Shown here in pieces: positions 1 to 10,494 of a stretch of 64,000 nucleotides of DNA. Within the stretch, counting starts at the first letter, position 1, and each line of letters opens with the position of its first letter. Source of the stretch: Macrostomum lignano (lineage: Eukaryota); assembly GCA_002269645.1 (NCBI GenBank), contig NIVC01001013.1:247142-311141 (forward strand), in the 5' to 3' direction. The translations under genes were made by a program, and so were the position numbers. The notes beneath the pieces were generated by a model. That model was given only the letters and a program-made list of their open reading frames with translations. It was not told the origin of the DNA and did no database searches.

Positions 1-3000
1 TTAAGCAAAATTTGATTAGGCCTAGCACTTTTTTACCTAGGCCTAGCCTAAGTTTAGCTTTTAATAAGAAAAAAATCAAATAATTATTTGGATAGGCCTA
101 TTTAAACAAACAATATTTATTATATAGTAGCAAAGATAAAACAATTGAATTTCAATATTAAATTTTTATTATTATTATTACTATTATTAATATAACCGTC
201 TAGATACTAGGCCCCTATATAATTATAATTTTAGCAAATTTAGGCCTATCTATAATGAAATGATCAGATTCTCACATTGATAGTTAAAGTGATAATAACA
301 TGGAAATGTTAAAAGTTAAGTGTTTTGGCTCTGGAATAAAACAAACAATTTTCAGCCAACTGAGAGCCAACTAAACTTACTGAGGTTGGGAAAATGCCAG
401 AAAGAAAATGTTGCAACTTGCAAAAATCTAGACTTCATGTTGCTAATATTATAGTCTGGAATCGACATACATAAGCTTTATTACTAAAACTTATTTTAAA
501 AATTATCTAGAGTTTTTAACTTGAAGTGTAATTAATGCATTTATTTGTGGTAGGATTACCCAGTTTATTCAGCCAGCCTAGTTTGACATTTAATATTATC
601 AAGCGATAAGCATTAATCGCTTTCCTTTCTTTTTCAATAAATTTAAAAGTTACTATATTAACAAACGTCTCACTAAAATACTAGCACCTACGCCAACGGT
701 TCTGCATTTTTATGATTTTCTAATTTAGGCCTGCTTACTATAATTACGCACAGAATTATTTCTATTGCAAATGTCTTTATGTAGACAATTATTTGAAATC
801 CATCGAAATTTCACAGTTCATCGAAAATTACACTCGAAAAGCTTATCATCGACAACCTAACAAGTATATAGCCTACATCCGGCCTACACGGGCAGGCAGG
901 CATGAGCCCATATGGGTTTAGTACAGTCATGGATCTAGTATGCTAGGCCTATGGGCTATGATAACAATAGTTTTTATTTGTTCCTTTTATTTTTATTAGC
1001 ATTTTAGTTTGTGTGCCTTTTCGATTGATATTGATAGATGATAGTGTCTATATCTAGTAGGCTACTAGGGACAGATTTAAGGGAAAGGGAAGGCAAGAGG
1101 GGTAGTAACCTCCCCCCTGCCCCTTGTAGGGGTGTGGTAATGATGGCGCCCCTATGAAGGCATAGCATGGGCCTAGTAGTAATATAGTAATGATGGCATT
1201 GGCATAGTAATGAATACTAGTAGGCCTAACTATTCTTTTTGGCTGGCACTGCTGACAGTGGCAGTCATAAATATTATCAATAATATTCTAAACATCTAAA
1301 GTAGACCTATAATACTTTGTATAGCCTAGGAATAGGCCTTTAAATCCAGATTCCAGAATAGGCCTAAGAAAAAAGATATAAAACTATCAAAAATACAAAC
1401 ATAGGCGATAGGCCTAGCCGCCTAGTCTAATTTGCTTAGCTAGGGCCTAACTTAATAGGCCTGGCCCGCCTAATCATACTATAAGCTTATACATCTCTTC
1501 TAATTTTATCTTTGACAAATGTCAATGATTTTTTGCCATATTTTATTTGTTATAGGCCAATCTATCATTCTATGTCATATATGTAGAAAGTCATTTTGTT
1601 TACCAATTTAAGAATTTTTATATTTTAAAAATTTTCAAGCTTATAAATTACATATTGAGTTTTAGCTTTTAAAATTCTAATTAGGCCTTATAAAGAATTC
1701 AAGTCTTAATGTAAAAAGACCCTTCTTAATGATTTTTATTAATATTTAAAAATTTTATATACAATAGGCCTAAGGCTAGTACTTTATCTTAACAAAATTA
1801 TATTTCTACTATCAAAGGTAGCTATCACAAGTTTCTATATCACATTAATTTAACTTTAAAATATTGATATAAAAGTTATCACAATATTTTATTAGTTTCA
1901 ACTAATTCTATTAAGTTATTAGCATGGATACTAAATTTCTAAAATAACTAGATAGGCCATTTATAATTTAGACATATATACTTAGTAAAACAGCTTTCTA
2001 TTTTCAGTTCACTAGAAAAAAGTGTGGCTTATATAAGCTATTTTATAAAAATAAAAATAGCTAAAATAACTTTGAAAAATTCATTAACCAAAGCTTATTA
2101 ATATAAACAACTTACTAATTGGTTTAGCAATATTGTATATTAGCCCATTCACTAAAATATATATTTATATGGTTAACTTTAGGCTAGAAAGGCAATAAAA
2201 ATTAGGGTGAAGCAGGAGATAAAAAAGAAAAATTTAGTTAAAAAAGTTTTAAACTAAGAAAGAGGCTAACAGCTAATAAATATGCCTTGGATTTAAAAAT
2301 ATATAAAATACTTAATTTTAATTTCTTATTGATGTGTTCTTGTTCTGTACTAATAGCATTCTTATATAGGCCTAAGCAGTATTTTGCTATTACTACTAAA
2401 TATACTACATATATATTTCTTTTAGTCTTATACATTATTAAAGTTAGAAGGCCATGGCTTTTAGTATTCTATAAGGCCCCTACATATGTATATTCTTTGA
2501 TATCTAAGTTGTCTACTGCTGATTTTGGTATTTTCACTAGAATATTTTGGAAAATATATATAATAAGACAAATTTTTCCTAAGAAATATTTGCAAATATG
2601 AAATTGCACAGATTTTTACATAAGAAAAAATTTCACAAAAAAATAATATAAATAATAGCAGCAACAAATAAAATGTTTTTAGCCAGTCAAGCAAGTTATG
2701 AAGGATAAAAACAATATCATAGGATACATTTCAGGGCCTAAATGCTAATATAAGATATAAAGACATGAAGAACAAATATAAAAAAGAAAAAATGGTATTT
2801 GAATCTTTTGCAACCAACTTTGCAAGCTATGTTTGCAAGGGTCTTGGTCTTTAGACTACAAAAATACTTTGTAGAAGCAAATAGATAGTTAACTCTAGAC
2901 TTGCATAGCATATCACACTAACTATTTATATAAAACTGTTTTACTTTAAATTACTGAGTAATATTAGGAATGAATATTCTATACGTATATTTTTAACTGT

Positions 3001-3117
3001 ATGTTTCTATCTATGTATATTAAGAAAGAAATTTTATTTCAAGCTAGCTTACTAATTTGAACATGTGTTAATAGTTTATTGATTTGCTATTTAGCTCTTC
3101 AGGATATCAGCTCCAAC

Positions 3118-4259
3118 ATGGATACACCAATACAAAATGAAGATTTATATAAACTACTTAACATTGATGAGAATGCTACAGAAAAGGAGGTAAGTTGTGC
3201 ATTCAATTGTGAATAATAAAGTTGAAATAAAGGCCCATTGCAAAACTAATTAGATGGCGAGGGATCGGTTTACTAAAATACAGGCATTTTTACTCCAGCT
3301 TTTTACCTAAGGTGCTAACTAAACCTCTCTAATCCATCCCCTGATAGATCACCAAAGCCTATCGCACCGCAGCGCTCAAAGTTCATCCGGACAAAAATCC
3401 AGACGATCCGCTGGCTGCTCAACGTTTCCGTCGACTGTCCGAGGCTCTGCAACTGCTCACTGACGCAGCCGCCCGAGCTGCCTACGATAAAGTGCGCCGT
3501 GGCCGTCAGGCTGCCGCCGAGCGGGCCCGGGCTCTCGGGGTAGGCCGGCGCCGATTCAAAGAGCAACTTGAGGCAGCCGAAGCTGCTGCAGCTGCCGCTG
3601 AGAGTGCGACGTCTGCAAGCGGCCGGAGCCGACAGGAGGATGAAGCCAGCCTAGAGAGGGAGAAGCAGCGGCTTAGGCGGGAGCTGAACGACGTTCTGGC
3701 TAGGGAGCAGGAGCTACTCAGGCAGGAGCTCCGACAGGCGGCTGCCGACAAGGATAAAGACAATCTGCCGACAATAAAATTGACTTGGCGTGGAGATCAG
3801 GATGACTGTTCTAGTCAGTCGGAGGCCTCTTTGAAGTCGCTGTGCTCCAGCTTCGGCGAGGTGGTCACCCTGTTGTACAGGCCGGGCAAGGCTAGTAGTA
3901 AGAAATCCAGTCGCGGTGGCAGCGGTGGTGTCGCTATTGTCGAGTTTCGTAGACACGACGACGCGGACAGGTTGGTCAAGGCCTTGACAGCGGGTCAAGG
4001 TGGACTGTCGGCTGTGTGGCTGCAGGGCCAGAAGCAGCAGCACCAGCAGACTCCCGTGCCTCCTGCCGCATCGGCAGCCACTACAGGCGATTGGCTGCCA
4101 ACCAATCAGGGCCGACCGTCTGGCGATTGGCTGCGCAAAGTGACAGCCGACGATCTAATTAAAATGTTTTCGCGTGGCAAACGCGCTCATCCTGGCGACG
4201 ATAAGAATAGTACGGATGATGATAATGCTGCATCTGCTGCGCCTACTGATGATCAGTAG
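3118..4259 (+). CDS. DNAJC17: DnaJ subfamily C member 17 (Cwc23/Cwf23-like J-domain + RRM protein), 2 exons: 3118-3189, 3348-4259 (~327 aa)
   Basis: Exon 1 encodes MDTPIQNEDLYKLLNIDENATEKE, followed by a GTAAGT donor at 3190. Acceptor tgatag ends at 3347 and the frame continues ITKAYRTAALKVHPDKNPDDPLAAQRFRRLSEALQLLTDAAARAAYDKVR (J domain with HPD motif). A coiled-coil region and a C-terminal RRM-like segment (IKLTW...SFGEV...AIVEF) follow. The join is phase 0 and in frame with ORF 3492-4259. AATAAA at 4379. Confidence 0.9.
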
Positions 4260-4519
4260 TATGTGTATAGCACTCAACTTGTGGCATTCTGATCAGTTGA
4301 TTTTATGCTGCATGTATATTGTTTTAAAGTCAAATACATTGCATTTATACAGTTTCTTACTACGATTAGAAAGTAAATAATAAACTGTTAATATTTTTCT
4401 AGTTTTTTAATATGGCCGATTGTAACGATGTATTCGAGTCCTTAGTGATTTTACACCCTGTAACGACTTTAAGACTGTAAAGAAATAGTCTTCGATGCTA
4501 TTACTACTGGTTTTTTTAG

Positions 4520-4980
4520 ACTAGAATTACATTTTTGGGCTGGAGATTACTGGTTTGAGATTTATATTACAGTTTTGAGTTTGATATTACCGGTTTTGTA
4601 GATTCATGTTACAGTTTAAGGCTGAAGATTACTGGTTTTGTAGATTCATATTATAGTTTTAGGCTGGAGATTACCGGTTTTTTAGATTCATATTACAGTT
4701 TTGAGTTTGATATTACAGGTTTTGTAGATTCATATTACTGTTTTAGGCTGAAGATTACTGGTTTTGTAGATTCAATCATATTACAGTTTTAGATCGATAT
4801 TACAGTTTTAGTAGATTCATATTAATTTTATATTCGATATTACAGGTTTTCTAGATTCATATTACAGTTTTAGATTCAATATTACAGGTTTTGTAGATTC
4901 ATATTACAGTTTTAGTCTGGAGATTACTGGTTTTGTAGATTTATATTTCAGTTCTAGGCTGGAGAATTACTGGAGTTTCA
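4520..4980. repeat. Degenerate T-rich tandem repeat (AGATTCATATTACAGTTTT core) between DNAJC17 and TFIP11
   Basis: Repeated TTTTGTAGATTCATATTAC and GGCTGGAGATTACTGG modules. Confidence 0.7.
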
Positions 4981-5082
4981 GATATCGCAGGTGAGAACTT
5001 GAGCGCACTCGCTGACCCCTCACCTACCCGCTCACTGAACATTGCAGCCAGCAGCCGCTAACGCCCAAGCGCACAACCTACA

Positions 5083-8000
5083 ATGGATGACGATGAAGAA
5101 GAGATGGAGCGCTTCGACATGACGGGGGCCGATTGGAAATATTCCATGGACCCGCTGGCCCAGCGGCGCCGAATGTCCAAGAAGCAGGCTTGGGCGGGCG
5201 TGTTCGCCAGCGACTCCGAAGACGAGGACGACGATGACGCCTTCGGCAATCGCCGCGGCTTCGGCAACCGGCGTCGCCGCGGCGGCGGAGCCGGCCGAGA
5301 CCGAGCCGGCGGTCCCATCAGTTTCGTTAGCGGCGGCGTCAAAGGCGGCCAGTCGGCCATGGATGATGATGACGATAAAGGAGGAAGAGGAGCAGCGGCT
5401 GATGAAGCTGGCGGCGGCGACATCACGGATGAGAGCGACGAGGAGATGCTGAGCGTGCGGCTGATCGAGCAGCGCCAGGCCGAGCGCAGGCAGCCGCAGC
5501 GGCCAAAACAGTCGGCCAATGATCGGCAGCGCCAGCAGCAGCAGGCCCAGGCGGAGCAGGGCTTCGGCCACTGGGAGCGGCACACCCGCGGCATCGGCAT
5601 GAAGCTGCTGGAGCAGATGGGCTACAAGCAGGGCAAAGGCCTCGGCAAAGACCTAGCTGGTATTGTCACTCCCGTTCAGGCTACAAAGCGCAAAGGCAAA
5701 GAGGCTGTGGGATTTTATCCCGAACAATCGGCGCCGGTGCCCAGGCGCGGCAACGAAGAGACGGTGACGGACGCGACCGCCAAAGCCACCTCACTTGCTG
5801 CTGCAGCCCGCTACAAGCGAAGTCAGCAGCAGCAGCAGCAGCCAAGGTACGCCATAAAAACACGAGAAGAGATTCTACGGGACGGAGCTAAAAAAGCGCC
5901 AGGCGGCGTGCCAGTGCTAGACAATGGCGCCAAAGTCAAGGTTTGTTCTGTCTATTGCAATGCAATTGTGGAGTGAATTATAACTCCGTTTCCCTGCAAT
6001 TCTCGGACCTTCTTCAATCACGCGACGCTACCCTCTGGTTCTTCAGGCTTCAGGTGTATCATTCAATCCTTCAGCTTACCGTCCTTCAGGTTATAGTTAC
6101 CCTCTCCTACAGTCCTTCAGGTTATAGTTACCCTCTCCTACAGTCCTTCAGGTTATAGTTACCCTCTCCTACAGTCCTTCAGGTTTTATTTTCCTCCCTC
6201 TCCTGTCCTTCAGATCATTTTACCCCCTCTCTCCTGTCTTTCAGGTCATTGCTACCCCCTCTCTCGATCTCGTCCTTCAGGCCATTGTTACTGTCTCTAT
6301 TCAGTTTTTCAGCCTGTAGTACCCCTAGTCCTTCAGGTTGTTGTTGATTTTACCCTATACCAGTTCGTAGTTATCGTTTAATCCCAGCTATCGTATCTAC
6401 CCAATATTCTATCCAGGTGATCGACATGACCGGGCCTCAGCAGCGGGTGTACGACGGCTATTCGGCGCTATCCCGATCGGCGGCCGGCGCGGACGATGAC
6501 GCGCTCGGTTCGGCAGCAGCCGAGGGCCAGCAGCAGCAGGGTGGCCAGCGCCGGTTCGACTGTCCCGCCCTGATGCACAACCTGGCCAGATTGGCCGACG
6601 CAGCCGAGGCTGAAATCGTTCGAACCGATCGGCAGCAGCGGGAGGATCGCGACAAATTGGCCAGCCTGCGAGCCGAGACCCAGCGACTGCAGCGAGGCCG
6701 TCGGGCTGTTCAGCTAGCCGAGTTGGACAGCCTCATCCGGCTGCTGGACGCCTACGACTCGGTTGCTAACCGGGGCGCCGGCCTGCCGGACGTGTGCGAC
6801 CTGGCCAAGAAGTTTCTGCAGTCAGCGCCGGCCGCGTACCGGCCGCTAGCCGCTGCTATGGTTACACCGGCTGCTAGGCGCTCTCTGGATGGCTGGCAAC
6901 CTCTGCTAGAGCCCGGCAGAGGCGCCGCTTGCGCTCGGCTGGTGCGCGAAGCTCTGGCGCCGGCCAACGATTCAATTGACGCCATCCTGTCCGAGTCGCT
7001 GCTGCCGCAGGTTCGACGCGCGCTGGCCCAGTGGAGTCCGAGGCAACCGGCCGAAGCTCTGGCTTTGGTGCAGGCGCTGCGAGGCCAGGCGCCCGGCATT
7101 GAAGATCTGATTAATACCGTTGTGAAGCCCGCGCTGCAGAGTGAGCTGCAACTGTGGGATCCGACTAGGGATCCGCAGCCTGTGCACGAGTGGTTGCAGC
7201 CCTGGTCTGCCGAGCTGGCGCTGGATGCCATGCACGAGCAGGTGAGAGACTGCTGTTTATCCATTGTGACCTGGTATTTATCCATTGGTATCTGATGCTT
7301 ATCGATTGGGATCTGATGCTTATCCATTGGGATCTGATGCTTATCCATTGTGACCTGATGCTTATCCATTGTGACCTGATGCTTATCCATTGGGTTCTTA
7401 TGCTTATCCATTGGGATCTGATGCTTATCCATTGTGACCTGATGCTTATCCATTGGGATCTGGTGCTTATCCATTGTGACCTGATGCTTATCCATTGGGA
7501 TCTGATGCTTATCCATTGGGATCTGATGCTTATCCATTGGGATCTGATGCTTATCCATTGCTATCTGATGCTTATCCGTAGTTTTCTGCTGCTAAATATT
7601 GCGGATCTGGCAATGATGCCAAAGCCTGTATAACCAATACCTTAACACACGAATACTGCAGGTATTGCAGAAGCTCGGCCAGTGCTTTGGCCAGTGGCGC
7701 CCGGACGACCTGAGTGCCAAAGGCGTCCTAACGCCATGGCGCGGCGCCGTGCGACCCCAACTGCTGGCGGCCTTCCTGCAGCGGCACGTTTTGCCCAAGC
7801 TGATCGACTGTCTGTCCGGGATGCGAATTGACCCGTCTGGCCAGCCGCTGGAGCAGTGGGTCTGGTGCAAGGCCTGGTGGGATCTGCTCAGTCCGCAGCA
7901 GATTGCTTCGCTGCTCGAGCGCGGCTTCTTCCCGGGATTTCACCGGGCCCTGTCGGCCTGGCTAGCCAGCCCCGGTGTCGACATGGCCCAGGTGGCCGCC

Positions 8001-8755
8001 TGGTACGCCGGCTGGCGGGACCAGCTGCCACCTGCGTGTCTGGACCTGCCTGGGGTGCAGCACCAGCTGGGTCAGGTCTGTGCACCCGATTTTCGCCTAC
8101 CCGCTCTGCATCGTTATACTTTCTCTGCCTGTTCTACCCTCACTTCCTCTTTCCTAACCTTTCTCATCTCTCTTCTCCCCTCATCTCTCTTCTCCTCTCA
8201 TCTCTCTTCTCCCCTCATCTCTCTTCTCCCCTCACCTCTCTTCTCCTCTCATCTCTCTTCTCCCCTCATCTCTCTTCTCCTCTCATCTCTCTTTTCTCAT
8301 CTCTCCTCTTCCATCCTGCTTTCTCACCTCCCTCTCCTCTATTTTAATATATTTCTACTCTAATTATTTAATTCACCATCCCGCAGGCCCTTCGCCTGAT
8401 GGACGCCGCCTTCTCCGGCCAGGAACCGGCTGCCGTTGTAGCCGCCGGCGCCGCTGCCGCTGCCGCCGCCGCGGCCACCGCTTCCAGCTCTTCCGTAGCG
8501 CCGCAGGCTCAGCCAGCCACTGTAGTGAACTATAATCACGGCCTGCTGGGCGCCAGGGACCTTCTAGAACGCCGGGCCCAGGAGCACGGCATCGTGTTCG
8601 CCCCCACCGGCCGCCGGCATCACGGCAAGCAGGTGTTCAATTTTGGTCGGCTACAAATTTGCGTTGAACGCGGCGTAATTTACTGGCTGACTGAGGGCCA
8701 ATGGCGCCCAGTGTCCCTTGACGATGTTATGAATAGGGCCACCATGCGGCAGTGA
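5083..8755 (+). CDS. TFIP11: Tuftelin-interacting protein 11 / Ntr1-Spp382-like G-patch spliceosome disassembly factor, 4 exons: 5083-5940, 6417-7241, 7662-8075, 8387-8755 (~821 aa)
   Basis: G-patch ([38 protein letters not shown]). The conserved KVK|VIDMTG motif is split by intron 1. GCFC-type region ([19 protein letters not shown]) and C-terminal [31 protein letters not shown]. All three GT-AG introns join in phase 0. Confidence 0.92.
6087..6185. repeat. 31-bp tandem repeat x3 in TFIP11 intron 1
   Basis: Unit TTATAGTTACCCTCTCCTACAGTCCTTCAGG, with degenerate copies continuing to ~6340. Confidence 0.85.
7258..7578. repeat. 21-bp minisatellite (~15 copies) in TFIP11 intron 2
   Basis: Unit CCATTG(G/T)GA(T/C)CTGATGCTTAT. 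Confidence 0.92.
8160..8340. repeat. CT-rich low-complexity repeat in TFIP11 intron 3
   Basis: Recurring CTCATCTCTCTTCTCC modules. Confidence 0.8.
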
Positions 8756-8844
8756 TCTTCAACTCCATTCTTTTCTTTATTGAATAATCTGGCTAGCTTC
8801 ACGCTTATCCTGATTGGCCAAATTACTTATCCTTTTCTGCTATC

Positions 8845-9222
8845 CCCATCTCCCTGTCCTCCCATCTCCCTGTCCTCCCATCTCCCTGTCCTCCCATCTC
8901 CCTGTCCTCCCATCTCCCTGTCCTCCCATCTCCCTGTCCTCCCATCTCCCTGTCCTCCCATCTCCCTGTCCTCCTATCTCCCTGTCCTACCATCTCCCTG
9001 TCCTCCCATCTCCCTGTCCTCCCATCTCCCTGTCCTCCCATCTCCCTGTCCTCCTATCTCCCTGTCCTCCCATCTCCCTGCCCTCCCATCTCCCTGTCCT
9101 CCCTTTTCCCTGTCCTCCCATCTCCCTGTCCTCCCATCTCCCTGTCCTCCCATCTCCCTGTCCTCCCATCTCCCTGTCCTCCCCATCTCCCTGTCCTCCC
9201 ATCTCCCTGTCCTCCCATCTCC
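8845..9222. repeat. 16-bp minisatellite (~23 copies) downstream of the TFIP11 stop
   Basis: Unit CATCTCCCTGTCCTCC. Confidence 0.92.
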
Positions 9223-10494
9223 CTCACTGATAACTTATACTGCATACTCAGCACTTGAACTCATTCAAAACCATATCCAGATCGTGGTTAAATAAAATAG
9301 TTCAAGCTAAAATATTGCGCGCGTGTTACAAAGCATTTTCTATGATATCAGTTTCGTTTGAGGCATCCGGATAAAGTGTAAGTGTGTTACTCAAAACTAC
9401 ATGCTCCTTGTGAATTTTGTATCTTATTAATTAATTAATTCAAATTGTAACAGATAATTTGCTTAATAAAAAAAAATATTTGCCTTCCAAAAAATGCAAA
9501 AGCTGTGTTTTATTAATCTGTTAAAATCTAAGAAAGTTTTTACTCTGGCCTTTGATCAAGGCCTTGGTCTCTTTTTTATTTTAGAGGAAAAATGATTTTC
9601 CTCTATGAAATGAAATGAAAAGCAAAACAGCCAGCATAACTTTGTGGCTTATTAATCATGTTATCATCATTTGCTGACTTGTTGCAAACTGTTTTTTAAC
9701 TGTGTAAATCGTGTATTTAAACAAACGGGGTACATATATCATGTTTATTAAACTCGGTGTGGCTTTGTTGAGTTAATAAGTAGATATTTTATTTTGAAAA
9801 AAATTATGTTATAAGTCTTGCGAGGATATAAGCTTCTCTAAACCTAGCCAGGGTTTAGGGAAGTGTTAACACCTGAAAAAACTGTCTTTCACTTTGTTAT
9901 CGAGAACTAATCTAGAATTTGATTGAAAAACAACAATTTAAAAAACACATTTTTACGTTAGACTGCTACGAAACTTGGGCCAGATACGCTCGTATTGATC
10001 ACAGCAAAGGAAATATTGAAAATTTCAATAAAAATTCAAACAGTGCACAAACAGATCAAATATTAAAGGTTTAAAATACCTTTATCAGATATATCATGGA
10101 TTAAAAAATAATCATAATTTACAAGTAGTAAAAATCACTGCCGTTTTTTGTTATAAATCTCGGAAATCTAATTAGGCTTCTTTTAAGGTACAAACTACAG
10201 ATGTGGCTATTTTAAGGCTAAATTTCCTTTTTGCTAGAAAATCGAAACCTTGACCTTCAAATGAAACTAGTGAGTTCTCGTGCTTCTGAAAATCTGTCTG
10301 TCCAATTACTTCGTACGCATCTTTCTGGTGCATTTTGCGGCGAAAAATAGCCTTCATAGATTTAATAACTCAACGTGATCTACTTACTATTAGTAGTAAG
10401 CTTTGAAAAAACGACAAGAAAAAATATGATTTCAAATTAATAGACAAAACACTCGTAGACAGTAGGTTATGCTATCAGTAGTATTTGTTGAATA

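Noticed and set aside
1070-1140. G/C-rich patch resembling the interior of the 14703 MITE
   Set aside because: Too short and degenerate; no termini or TSD found.
2238-2694. Three overlapping short ORFs in AT-rich DNA
   Set aside because: Low-complexity I/L/K/F/Y composition typical of random AT-rich sequence; no homology recognised.
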